Assembly (NCBI GenBank): GCA_043813075.1
Contig: JBDRLL010000017.1
Span: 1-42,927 of the forward strand
Reading direction: 5' to 3'
Source: Candidatus Altiarchaeota archaeon
Lineage (GTDB): Archaea; Altiarchaeota; Altiarchaeia; IMC4; SCGC-AAA252-I15
Length of the DNA: 42,927 nucleotides
The translations under genes were made by a program, and so were the position numbers. Under the pieces are notes generated by a model that saw nothing but the letters and a program-made list of their open reading frames with translations, did no database searches and was not told the DNA's origin. Below are positions 18,789 through 28,065 of the stretch, piece by piece. Position 1 is the stretch's first letter. The number at the start of each line of letters is the position of its first letter.

Positions 18789-20116
18789 CCCCCACCAGAC
18801 CTCAGTTCTCTCGCTATCTCCTTGCTCCTGACGACGTCAGGCTGGTCAAACGGATTCAAGTCCCTTAGTAATGCAGGATACACGCCAAACGCATATTGGC
18901 TGAAAGCCATAAGGCATCCCGCAGCCTGCGGGGTCATCCCATCGACGGCCACTTTTAGGACAGGTATTGGCGGAATCCTTGACGCTGCGTCACCGATAGT
19001 CCCATCAGACTCGAAAGAAAGCGAGTCCTCAAGCAATACGCCGTCAAAAGCACTGAGCCCCCCCACTTCAGGCCTGGCTATCGTGAAGAATACGCCAGCC
19101 TTATTAGGCTTTCCGCCGAAGAACCATTGGTTGGTGTTGTGCTGTGACTCCGGGCCTGAAGCAGCTATCATAGCCTGCCCTTCACCTGACTTGCACCCGC
19201 TCTCGTGCTGTAACTGGGTTATGAGGTGGAGGAATCCGTCAAACCTGTGGGAATACATTGGCGCATAGATTATAACACAATCTTTCTTCAATTCAAGATA
19301 ACGCATTACTGAGGCGGTCATTAACGCAGGATTTGTCTCCTGCCCGGCATGCGGCCCTATCCTCCCATAGGCCTGCAAAGCCCCGTTGTTAAAGTCCAAT
19401 AATTCTTCCTTGGACATTCCCAGCAGCGCGAGGGGTAGTGTTCCTACAGACGTTCGGCCAGTGAACCGCCCGCCTATCGGAGGATGCTCCAGTATGAGAT
19501 CACCCACGTGTTCACCCACCATCCTCTTAAGCCGCTCGTATAGGGGCCTACCATCCTTTCTCGAGGTTATCCCACATACCTTGTATCCGGTGAACTGGCT
19601 TAGCGAGTCCATGACGCCCTGCGTCGTGCCTGACTTGCTTATCACCAGGACAATAGTGCTTTCAGGACTGCACTCCCGCTTTATGCTGGCGATGTTGTCG
19701 GGATCCATGTCGTCGACAACACATAATCTTTTACCATAGTATCTCTCATCAGTCGAATACTTCACTAGAGCATGGTATAGCGCTTTCGAACTGCTTATAG
19801 AACCACCGTTACCTATGACCACCACATTCCTGACATCAGTAACCCCATGAACATCAACTATCCTCTCCGCATCCTGGACAAGAGCCCCCACATCAAAGTC
19901 ATAGGCATGGAATATGGGTTCACCACCGACAACATGGTTTTCAACAGGATCCCGGCGTTCTGGAGATAACTCACGGTCGCTCTTAAACAGGTATCCTGGG
20001 CTTAACTGCGCTTGCACCCTCGATAACTCCGTTTTCAGTGTTTCTCTGACAGCATCCAACCCCACCGTAGCGTTCTTGAAATCGACTTTCAGGCTTTTTA
20101 GTGCTATCGAATCCAT
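18785..20116 (-). CDS. pgi: Glucose-6-phosphate isomerase (PGI family, divergent)
   Basis: VIGNGGS, ISKSGTT, GGRF, QLxxESxxK, SQH, LNPFDQPDV..SK. Confidence 0.8.
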   Translation of the reverse strand: MDSIALKSLKVDFKNATVGLDAVRETLKTELSRVQAQLSPGYLFKSDRELSPERRDPVENHVVGGEPIFHAYDFDVGALVQDAERIVDVHGVTDVRNVVVIGNGGSISSSKALYHALVKYSTDERYYGKRLCVVDDMDPDNIASIKRECSPESTIVLVISKSGTTQGVMDSLSQFTGYKVCGITSRKDGRPLYERLKRMVGEHVGDLILEHPPIGGRFTGRTSVGTLPLALLGMSKEELLDFNNGALQAYGRIGPHAGQETNPALMTASVMRYLELKKDCVIIYAPMYSHRFDGFLHLITQLQHESGCKSGEGQAMIAASGPESQHNTNQWFFGGKPNKAGVFFTIARPEVGGLSAFDGVLLEDSLSFESDGTIGDAASRIPPIPVLKVAVDGMTPQAAGCLMAFSQYAFGVYPALLRDLNPFDQPDVVRSKEIARELRSGGG

Positions 20117-20131
20117 TGCTGGTTATATTGA

Positions 20132-21010
20132 TTATACTCTGATTTTAAGTATCGAAGCATCATGATCCCCCGCGTTAACAAGAGTGCATGACTCCCCCAG
20201 GACTGCTGAATCAGATACGCCAAGAGGCGTATCCCCCAGCAATAGTCGTCCGCATATCACGACAACTGCCGATGAAGCAGCTTCCACAATGCCTCCCGGC
20301 GGGACATCAATCAATTCGAAATGAACCCTTGACTCTGAGTCAGGATAATCCAACAACCGCTCTAAAAGCTCACCACCCCTCGGAAACCTCTCATCAGACA
20401 CCCTCAAAGCCTCAACACCCAGACTGAAGTCCGCATAATCAAGCTCCCGCTCGACATCCCTAAGAACAAGATGGAAGGTCCTGTTGGATGCCTCCTGAGG
20501 CTCCACGATAACGAACCGGTCTTCCATGACGTGGTGGCCGACAACCCATACCTCATCCTTTGGTTCTACCAGCGGATGATGGACTTGGAGTGATAGTGAA
20601 TTTCCAGCCGCATGCGGGATTCCACAGGGTATGTAGATGGCCTTAACGTCACCCTGACGCAATTCAATCCGGTTGAGGTATTTATCACATAAACCATCGA
20701 CTTTTAGGCGATATTCCTTGAAATCCCCGTGGACGTACTCCTCTCTTTCACGATTCATATCCTCCATATCAGAGATGAAGTCATCTAGCTCAACGCCATC
20801 CCTCAACCCAACCCACAATACTGTCTCACCAGTGATGAAGAGGAATTTAACGTAAGCATCATTTGTCAACGGGATGGATACGGCCCCAACATTATCACCT
20901 TCCAAGGGGATGCGCCTCCCAAGAAAACTTCCCACCATGGCTGCCGGCCATCCCCAAAGCTTGCGCTCTATTTCTGGCGGCGTCCAAGAGCTTGTCTTTT
21001 CAGACATCAT
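20132..21010 (-). CDS. Type I phosphomannose isomerase-like cupin protein (motifs in non-canonical order)
   Basis: ERKLWG, VKFL, YIPCGIPHA, LSLQVH, KDEVW, EPQEASNRTF; SD GGTGATAC before the ATG; directly upstream of pgi. Confidence 0.7.
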   Translation of the reverse strand: MMSEKTSSWTPPEIERKLWGWPAAMVGSFLGRRIPLEGDNVGAVSIPLTNDAYVKFLFITGETVLWVGLRDGVELDDFISDMEDMNREREEYVHGDFKEYRLKVDGLCDKYLNRIELRQGDVKAIYIPCGIPHAAGNSLSLQVHHPLVEPKDEVWVVGHHVMEDRFVIVEPQEASNRTFHLVLRDVERELDYADFSLGVEALRVSDERFPRGGELLERLLDYPDSESRVHFELIDVPPGGIVEAASSAVVVICGRLLLGDTPLGVSDSAVLGESCTLVNAGDHDASILKIRV

Positions 21011-21052
21011 GTATCACCGTATGTAGGGGTAATTGAATTACAGGAATAAAAT

Positions 21053-22405
21053 CTACTTGAAACCTAGCTTACCTGTCTTGAACAAGTATACCACCAGTCC
21101 GAGCGGTATTGCCAGGGAGATTATGACCAGCGCAAGAACTATGACGGTTGCCGTCGAATAACCCTCCTGATAAACCACATTGCCTGCAGGATACTCATTC
21201 CCCGGCAACTCGGATGCGCCGGGTATGCCCACGCACTGGTAGCTGCTTGAACAGTAGCTTCCCTTAGGGCAGTCTCTGGTGGTACAACACCCCACCTCCC
21301 CTGCAACAGGTTTTTCACCGCACTGCTTATCCTCACTGCAGTATGGCTCAATAATACTCTTTGATGGCATGTCACACTTGACCGCAGTCCCACAGTCAGC
21401 GTCTTTCTCGCACTCTGCCTTCAGCACACACTTGGATTCCGTGTCAGTAATCCACTTGCAGTAGAAGTCTCCCGCACCCCGGCAGTCGTCGGAAGTGCAG
21501 CACTCGATGCCCGTGGTTATCTGCCTCACCATCGAACACGACTTCCTATCCTTCTGCTTGATGCAGTTGACGGTCCCGTCAGGCAGCACATCCTTCTCAA
21601 CGCAAATCTTCTGGCCTGTGGGCTCGCAGCCATAAAGCATGAGCTTATTACCGCTACATACGGCACCAAGCGTCCGGTTGCCCCACTTTCGCTGGTAAGG
21701 GTATATTGAAGCACAGTCACCGTCGCCAGAGCATTGGTCGCACGTGTTGTCGCACTGTCTCCTAAGGCTGAAGTCAGTCACCTCAAAACACTGGCCCTCG
21801 CCGATATTACTGCTCCCACCACCATACAAACCCCCTTTTGAGTCGTAAACCCTGTCATATCCTTCAGGGTTGAACGTACAGCCTACAGACCCGGGTATCT
21901 GCTTGCCGGCCGTGCAGTCCGCAGCCTTCCCCGTGCCCCTGAGAATGTACTTGTCTATGTAGGCTTCTTCAACCATGATGTTGCTGCCGGACCAGACGTA
22001 GATGCTCTCTCCAGGCTTGAGGTCCTTAGAAACTGACTGGCCTAACGCCAGGTGGAACTGCTTCTCTTCCGCGCACTTCCATCTGCTGTATCCCTCCGAC
22101 TCCACCTGCTGGGAGCAGACGCCAGACCCTATGAAGTAGTCGTATCCAAGCGCAAGCATGAGTTCACCCCGCAGGTGGACCCTGCATTTCTTAACGTCAA
22201 TGTCATCAGGGCATGTTACTGGGGGGTTGCCTGAGAGGGGATTCTTGTCCATCAGGGCCACCTCCATCGAGTCAGCGTCCTCACCGTAGGAACAACAGCA
22301 TACGTAGTTGAAGTCGTTGCAGTATATGTTCTGACAGTTCTCCGCTGCTGAAGCAGAGAATGCTAGAGACATAAGACACAGCAGAGATAAGACTATCTTC
22401 CCCAT
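21053..22405 (-). CDS. Cys-rich membrane-anchored surface protein
   Basis: Signal peptide from MGKIVLSLL (start 22405 or 22414; the ORF-track extension to 22630 overlaps the LEA gene); repeated CxxDxDC modules; C-terminal TM and Lys tail. Confidence 0.8.
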   Translation of the reverse strand: MGKIVLSLLCLMSLAFSASAAENCQNIYCNDFNYVCCCSYGEDADSMEVALMDKNPLSGNPPVTCPDDIDVKKCRVHLRGELMLALGYDYFIGSGVCSQQVESEGYSRWKCAEEKQFHLALGQSVSKDLKPGESIYVWSGSNIMVEEAYIDKYILRGTGKAADCTAGKQIPGSVGCTFNPEGYDRVYDSKGGLYGGGSSNIGEGQCFEVTDFSLRRQCDNTCDQCSGDGDCASIYPYQRKWGNRTLGAVCSGNKLMLYGCEPTGQKICVEKDVLPDGTVNCIKQKDRKSCSMVRQITTGIECCTSDDCRGAGDFYCKWITDTESKCVLKAECEKDADCGTAVKCDMPSKSIIEPYCSEDKQCGEKPVAGEVGCCTTRDCPKGSYCSSSYQCVGIPGASELPGNEYPAGNVVYQEGYSTATVIVLALVIISLAIPLGLVVYLFKTGKLGFK

Positions 22406-22430
22406 ACCAAACATTGAGTATTGTGAGCCA

Positions 22431-22441
22431 GGATATAAATA
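22431..22441. promoter_or_regulatory. Candidate bidirectional TATA box
   Basis: GATATAAATA lies about 20-28 nt from both divergent starts (22405 and 22461). Confidence 0.45.
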
Positions 22442-22460
22442 GCAGGAGATATAGTTAACA

Positions 22461-22958
22461 ATGGATAGGGATAAGGTCATCATACTGGCCGTGGTCACAG
22501 CATCATTGATCGCCATAACAGCCGGGTTCATTCTATGGCCGAAGGTATCCCAGCCTCCTGAAGTCAGGTTCTCAAGCGCGAGGATAGGTGATGTTGAGAC
22601 TGTCAGCCTCTTGGGTTTTGAAGTCCCCAAGTCCGTTGAAATCGCGGTTGAGCTGGAAGTCTATAATCCGAACATGATCAGCATCACAGTCAAGGGTGCT
22701 GAATACGGGGTTTCAGTTAACAACGCGCAGGTAGGCAAGGGCAGCCTCTCCAAGCCCATAGTCATACCGCCCGGGGAAAGCGTTAGTATCGAGACTGTTG
22801 TCGTAATCACCGCTGAATCCGGATTGAAGGGGATAATCGGAGTCATACAGAAGAAGTCATTCACAGTCAGGGTGCAGGGGGAGGTGGAGGTGGAAGTCCC
22901 CTTAATAGGCTCCATGAGGATTCCAGTGGACGCCAAACAGGATATAGCTAGCCTGTGA
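22461..22958 (+). CDS. LEA type 2 / WHy domain membrane protein
   Basis: N-terminal TM; LEVYNPN, Y-x-V-x-VNN..VGKG, IPPGES motifs. Confidence 0.85.
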   Translation: MDRDKVIILAVVTASLIAITAGFILWPKVSQPPEVRFSSARIGDVETVSLLGFEVPKSVEIAVELEVYNPNMISITVKGAEYGVSVNNAQVGKGSLSKPIVIPPGESVSIETVVVITAESGLKGIIGVIQKKSFTVRVQGEVEVEVPLIGSMRIPVDAKQDIASL

Positions 22959-23877
22959 GACCCAAACCCAGCCCAACAGCGTAATCCCATACCTCATTGA
23001 ATTCATCCGAACTCAGGCGGCGGTCAATACCATTAATACGAGAAGCCCTGTACTCAGGCCTATACTGGTCCATCACGTTAACCCGCACACTGTCGCCTAG
23101 ATTCAACCCTATCCAGTCCAACACAGGCTTGCTGCAGCATTCAACGTGGCCTGGCATCACGAGATGCCGTATTATCATGTCAGCCTGCTGTGACGCCATC
23201 AGATGGTTTCTGGAGACTACGTCAAAGTATCCTGGAGCGTCTGAGAGTCTTTTACCGCACCTGTCGTTGCCGTACTTGAAGTCAGTCAGATACAAGTCTA
23301 TGACGCCTTCAAGCAGGCTCATCGACTCTAGTGTGAGGTACATGTTGCTGTTCCAGACCTGGGGTATGCTCCTGTCAAGCAGCGACAACACCTCGAGCAT
23401 GTAGGGTATGTTGGGTGTGGGGTCTCCGCCAACCCAGTTCACATTCAGTCCGGCAGTCTCCAATATCATCGCAGCCAATTTTTCTGCTGTTATCTGAACT
23501 CCATTACTGGGGTCCTGGCTTGTATCCCAGTTCTGGCAGAAAACGCACTTGAACGTGCATCCTGCGAAGAAGATGGTGTAGCTGGGGATTATCTCAGGCT
23601 CCTCACCAGGATGTATGAATTGACTGCTCACCCTCGGCTCCAGCACACCGCAATAGCCCCTAACGCCTGAAGCCCTGTCCGCGCCACACTTACGCTCGCA
23701 GAAGGCGCAAGACCCGAGAATCTCTCTCGCCAGTGATATCTTCTCGCTTAGATTACCGCACTCCAAGAAGGATGCCCGGGAGTCGCCGTCCAATACGCTA
23801 AAATAATGGGTGAGAACACTTCTGGCTTCTTCAACCCCAATCGAAGAGCCTTTAATGAGTGATCTTAAAGCCCTCAT
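22948..23877 (-). CDS. PflX-like radical SAM protein
   Basis: CAFCERKCGADR..GYC, HPGEEPE, CTFKCVFCQN, NWVGGDPTP, VWNSNMY, DFKYG, IIRHLVMPGH, MDQYRP. Confidence 0.9.
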   Translation of the reverse strand: MRALRSLIKGSSIGVEEARSVLTHYFSVLDGDSRASFLECGNLSEKISLAREILGSCAFCERKCGADRASGVRGYCGVLEPRVSSQFIHPGEEPEIIPSYTIFFAGCTFKCVFCQNWDTSQDPSNGVQITAEKLAAMILETAGLNVNWVGGDPTPNIPYMLEVLSLLDRSIPQVWNSNMYLTLESMSLLEGVIDLYLTDFKYGNDRCGKRLSDAPGYFDVVSRNHLMASQQADMIIRHLVMPGHVECCSKPVLDWIGLNLGDSVRVNVMDQYRPEYRASRINGIDRRLSSDEFNEVWDYAVGLGLGLTG

Positions 23878-24130
23878 ACCTTCCAGTAGGCTTCCCCCAC
23901 TCCTCCTTCACGTCATCCACGCGAGAGTATCCGGGATTATCCCTGCAATAAGCGACGAACTCACTCACCTTATCCTCAGGACCCTCGGCAAAAGCCTCCA
24001 CCCTCCCGTCAGCCAGATTCCTCACCCAGCCGGATAGCCCGAGCCTTAAAGCCTTGTCCCTGGTGTTGGACCTGTAGAAGACTCCCTGCACTTTACCTGA
24101 CATCATCAGGTGAACGCTCTTATCATCCAT
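23852..24130 (-). CDS. acyP: Acylphosphatase
   Basis: SGKVQGVFYR, GWVRNLADGRVE. Confidence 0.95.
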   Translation of the reverse strand: MDDKSVHLMMSGKVQGVFYRSNTRDKALRLGLSGWVRNLADGRVEAFAEGPEDKVSEFVAYCRDNPGYSRVDDVKEEWGKPTGRYEGFKITH

Positions 24131-24165
24131 GTATGATTAATAATCGGAAATCATATTAATAGACG

Positions 24166-25089
24166 ATGAAGGCGACAGCAGAATCAGGGGGCGCTGCCAC
24201 CATAATCTGCGCTTTCGCGACCGGGAAGGGCAGTGCATTCGGGCTTGACTTCAAGGTAAGAGCAACCGTGGAGCTGGAGAAAAAGAGGGGAGTATTTATC
24301 AAGGACCTGAATAACCCCAGGGAGCCTACCACACTCGCAGAATACTGTGTAAAAGGGGCTTTAAGGAAGTATGGAGTCAAATGCGGCGCCAACGCGACAA
24401 TAGAATCTGAGATACCCATGGCGGCAGGCCTGAAGAGCAGCAGCGCGCTCGCCAACGCAGTAACCCTCGCCACCATCGGCGCAATCGCAAGGGACAGGGG
24501 CAGCATAACAGAGAAGAGGATCGTTAAAGGATACACCAAGCAGTTGATTGAGATAGAAGGCCGTCGTGTGGACCTCATTGATGCGGTAAACATCGGCGTT
24601 GACGCGGCATTCAAGGCGAAGACGACAGTCACAGGAGCGTTCGACGACGCTACGGCATCCATGTTGGGGGGTTACACTATAACAGACAACAAGAACAGGA
24701 TCTTGATTCATAGGGGTGAGATAGAGGATTTGAATGTTGTGGTCTACGTCCCCCGCAAGAAGTCATACTCCGGTGACGTGAACATCAAGCAGGTGAAGCC
24801 TTTCGCCAACGAAATCGACCTCGCGTGGAACCAGGCGCTAGCAGGAAGAGTATACCAGGCGCTGACGATAAACGGCTTAATACACTCCACCGTATTCGGC
24901 TACGACAACCGGATCGCCTACAATGCACTTGAGGCAGGGGCGATAGCGGCAGGACTCACCGGTAAAGGCCCCGCGGTAGTCGCACTAACACGCAAAAAAA
25001 CCAAACCCATCAAAGACGCGTGGAGCGGACTGAAAGGCAGGATAATCGAGTGCAAGACCAGCAACCTTGGGGGGAGGATTGTTGATTAG
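24166..25089 (+). CDS. aroK: Archaeal shikimate kinase (GHMP family)
   Basis: AFATGKGSA, SEIPMAAGLKSSSALANA, TVTGAFDDA, TDN, GLTGKGPA. Confidence 0.92.
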   Translation: MKATAESGGAATIICAFATGKGSAFGLDFKVRATVELEKKRGVFIKDLNNPREPTTLAEYCVKGALRKYGVKCGANATIESEIPMAAGLKSSSALANAVTLATIGAIARDRGSITEKRIVKGYTKQLIEIEGRRVDLIDAVNIGVDAAFKAKTTVTGAFDDATASMLGGYTITDNKNRILIHRGEIEDLNVVVYVPRKKSYSGDVNIKQVKPFANEIDLAWNQALAGRVYQALTINGLIHSTVFGYDNRIAYNALEAGAIAAGLTGKGPAVVALTRKKTKPIKDAWSGLKGRIIECKTSNLGGRIVD

Positions 25090-25091
25090 AG

Positions 25092-25511
25092 ATGCCGGTT
25101 GTGACTGACCACATCAACTTGAAGACCCATGCGGATGGAGGTATGCTGGACATAACAGGGAAGGTCCAGGAGGCGGTAGACAAGTCAGGCCTCAAGAACG
25201 GTATTGCCGTCGTCTTTGCTGGAGGGTCTACTGGAGCATTGAGTACCGTTGAATTCGAGCCCGGGCTTCAGAAGGACATCCCGGATGCCTTGGAGAGGAT
25301 TGCCCCGAGGGACTTGGATTACGCCCACCACCAGACGTGGCAAGACGACAACGGGAGGGGGCACGTTAGGGCCACACTCATAGGGCCTGACATAACAGTA
25401 CCATTCACTGACGGCCGACTGTATCTCGGAACTTGGCAGCAGATATGCTTCATCGAATGCGACACCAGGGACAGGGACAGGAGGCTGATCATCCAGATTA
25501 TCGGGGAATAA
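25092..25511 (+). CDS. YjbQ / UPF0047 family protein
   Basis: DIT..V, STGAL..E.EPGL..D, Y.H, DNG.GH, LGTWQQI...E.D motifs. Confidence 0.92.
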   Translation: MPVVTDHINLKTHADGGMLDITGKVQEAVDKSGLKNGIAVVFAGGSTGALSTVEFEPGLQKDIPDALERIAPRDLDYAHHQTWQDDNGRGHVRATLIGPDITVPFTDGRLYLGTWQQICFIECDTRDRDRRLIIQIIGE

Positions 25512-25515
25512 GTAT

Positions 25516-25549
25516 CTCCAGCCTAAAGGCTGGAGTATTCTGTGCTTTT
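25516..25549 (+). terminator. Hairpin terminator after aroK-yjbQ
   Basis: Perfect CTCCAGCC-TAAA-GGCTGGAG at 25516-25535, 4 nt after the stop, then TATTCTGTGCTTTT. Confidence 0.6.
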
Positions 25550-25591
25550 GTAATAAACAGGATATTAAGCTGTGATTCTTTTAGATAACAT

Positions 25592-26218
25592 ATGCCCTTA
25601 AAGAAGGTCACTATCCGGACCACACATTGGCGGAGGGATGACGACGCAGCATTTGATCTTATTGTTTCAGACACTAGGCTGGGCAATGACATAGAACACG
25701 CGTTCAGGTCCGCTTCTGACCGGAAATTTGACGCCCTCGCGGAACACGCTGTCGTACACCAGAGATTTCAAGACGAAAACGTGCTACACCAAGATGACTC
25801 GTTAATGTTCAATAGGCTAACTGAAGATGGTTTTTTCGATACAGGGGTGAGAAGGCCTGAGTCAGACGTCCAGGTATTCAATCTCTTAAGGAGGATACAG
25901 CAATTCGTCCCTGAATCGGACAGGGAATCGTTTTTCACTCGAGATGGTGTTGGCGGCAGATTACTGGCAACAGTCAGGGAACACCAGAAACTAGGGCCCC
26001 CGCCAGTTGAAGATGTGGGTAGGGGCCATGTCTCAGACTATCTCCGGAGGGTTGGTTCCATACTCCCGTTCATGCCTGAATCTGATAGACGCGGATTCCT
26101 ATCCAAGGAAGTTCCGGAGGTTTTAGCTGCTTCAACGTCATACGTGGACTTTCTGGAGAGGACTATGCCGTATGTGAGGAAGTACGTGAAGTCTACGCCA
26201 GTAAGGGAGACTAAATGA
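25592..26218 (+). CDS. Hypothetical protein with internal duplication
   Basis: 208-aa ATG ORF filling the gap; two copies of LRR...F(V/M)PESDRxxF. Confidence 0.65.
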   Translation: MPLKKVTIRTTHWRRDDDAAFDLIVSDTRLGNDIEHAFRSASDRKFDALAEHAVVHQRFQDENVLHQDDSLMFNRLTEDGFFDTGVRRPESDVQVFNLLRRIQQFVPESDRESFFTRDGVGGRLLATVREHQKLGPPPVEDVGRGHVSDYLRRVGSILPFMPESDRRGFLSKEVPEVLAASTSYVDFLERTMPYVRKYVKSTPVRETK

Positions 26219-26702
26219 TTTTTTCGAGCGCCTTAGCAACCGCATCCTCTGCCTTAGCTTCTATTATCCCCTTAACGCGATCATCCTCAGGGAACGCGTC
26301 CTTAACCCTGTCGGCTATTCCCCCGCTGCCTTCAACAACGACAACAGGCCTGCCATAGTTCAATGCCATAGCTATCTCAGAGAGTGTGCCAGAACTCCCA
26401 TTCAATGCTATCACCGCGTCGCCGGAAGAGACGACGAGAGTGTTCCTTGCGTAACCCATCCCTGTGGGTATGACGACGTCCACATACTCGTTAGCCTCAC
26501 TTCCATCAAAAGAAGGCACTATGCCGACGGTAAGGCCGCCAGCCTTCTTAGCGCCCCTGCATGCGGCCTCCATGACACCCCTCTTGCCGCCGCAGACGAG
26601 AACACATCCTGACCTTGCTATGTCTTCACCCACCTTCTCTGCCATTGACATGACTTCAGGAGTCAGTTCACCGTCCAAACCTATGACAGTTATCTTATTC
26701 AC
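26211..26702 (-). CDS. LOG-superfamily Rossmann-fold protein (TIGR00725-like)
   Basis: LVCGG.RGVMEAACRGA, GIVP, TGMGYARN, GTLSEIAMA. Confidence 0.9.
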   Translation of the reverse strand: MNKITVIGLDGELTPEVMSMAEKVGEDIARSGCVLVCGGKRGVMEAACRGAKKAGGLTVGIVPSFDGSEANEYVDVVIPTGMGYARNTLVVSSGDAVIALNGSSGTLSEIAMALNYGRPVVVVEGSGGIADRVKDAFPEDDRVKGIIEAKAEDAVAKALEKII

Positions 26703-28024
26703 CTGAGCCTGCCCCCGATCTTCCTGAAGAATTCCTTTATCTTATCGTCGGTGGACTTCAAGTCATCGTTTATGAATCCGACCCCAAAACACACGCTCTT
26801 CACGCCTTCACCCAGCTTCCCGCCAGAGTAGACGTCCCTCACTTCGACAGAACGAATGTTCTCGTCATGCTCCATGATAAGCTTTGACAGGAACTTCTCA
26901 TCCGCATCAGAAGGCATGACTATCGAATAATCCCTCGACACGACACCGTACTTCTCGGACTTGAACATTACCCTATCCTCGTCATCCAGCACAGACACGT
27001 TGGACAGCTTGAATCCATGATCCTTGCCCTTGTCAGAGATGACCACCTCGTCGGGGGAAACTGACTTCACAACACCAAGATGCTTCTTACCAGAGTATAT
27101 GTGCTTCAGGCATATCTCCCTGCCCACAGAGTCCTTGAGCTCCTGCAGCTCCGACGCGAGCGAAGAGATTGCCTTGTCCGAGCGGCCCATAGCACGGTCC
27201 ACGTCGTCGAAACTCCTGGCGGCGTCAACCATCATCTGGATGAATGATTTCTCGTCACCCTCCCGGACAATCTCGCTCAGTCTCTCCGCAGTCTTGAGGT
27301 AGGTCTTATGCACGCCAGGTATCCTCGGGTTCTGCATCTGTATTTCAGCGTAAAGGCTGGGGTCCTGCCCCACTATCCTGCCTATCATGTCTAGCATCAT
27401 CTCGTATATTGGGGATGAGAACTGTCTTGAACGCTTTATGTCAAAACCCAGCTCGTCGAACGTCTTGCCCAGAGAGATGTATGCGAAATGGGTGAGGCCC
27501 TGGACTACCGCCATGACCTCATCGTGCTCTGAAGGAGTGGACTCGAAGACGCGGGCATGATGCCGGACTAGTATGTCCTTAAGCCATTTAAACCATTTCT
27601 CACCGCGTATGGGGGTCAACACGAAGACCTGACCCTCAATAGAGTCTGTCCTAGGCCCGAAAACCGGGTGAGTCCCCAACACTTCCACACTCTTCTTTGA
27701 ATGCTCAGCCATCAGCCTGCATGGCTCCTCCTTTATGGAAGTCAAGTCCATAAGCAGGCAACCGTCTCTGACATGAGGGGCCACTTCTTTGATGACGTCA
27801 GGAGTCGCGAGTATCGGGACGGTTATGACAACAACGTCAGCGCTTGAAGCCGCGGCTATGTTATCCGGAGTGTATTCCACGCCAAACTCCTCCGCAGCCT
27901 TCAAGCCCTTGCTCTTTGTGGGGCCGGAAATGACGACCTCAGCACCCTCATCACGGAACAAGCGGACAAACAAACGGCCCATCCCCCCGTAACCACCGAT
28001 TATGGCAACCCTAACGTTATCCAT
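26699..28024 (-). CDS. tyrA: Prephenate dehydrogenase with C-terminal extension
   Basis: IIGGYGGMG, DLTSIK, THPVFGP, EHDEVMAVVQGLTH, SSP, LYAEIQ; about 160 extra C-terminal residues. Confidence 0.9.
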   Translation of the reverse strand: MDNVRVAIIGGYGGMGRLFVRLFRDEGAEVVISGPTKSKGLKAAEEFGVEYTPDNIAAASSADVVVITVPILATPDVIKEVAPHVRDGCLLMDLTSIKEEPCRLMAEHSKKSVEVLGTHPVFGPRTDSIEGQVFVLTPIRGEKWFKWLKDILVRHHARVFESTPSEHDEVMAVVQGLTHFAYISLGKTFDELGFDIKRSRQFSSPIYEMMLDMIGRIVGQDPSLYAEIQMQNPRIPGVHKTYLKTAERLSEIVREGDEKSFIQMMVDAARSFDDVDRAMGRSDKAISSLASELQELKDSVGREICLKHIYSGKKHLGVVKSVSPDEVVISDKGKDHGFKLSNVSVLDDEDRVMFKSEKYGVVSRDYSIVMPSDADEKFLSKLIMEHDENIRSVEVRDVYSGGKLGEGVKSVCFGVGFINDDLKSTDDKIKEFFRKIGGRLR

Positions 28025-28065
28025 GAATAGAATTATTTAAGAACTGTTCATTAATATCATAAGAG

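Noticed and set aside
22415-22630. N-terminal extension of the Cys-rich ORF
   Set aside because: Overlaps the LEA-2 gene and the shared TATA region; the signal peptide begins at 22405 or 22414.
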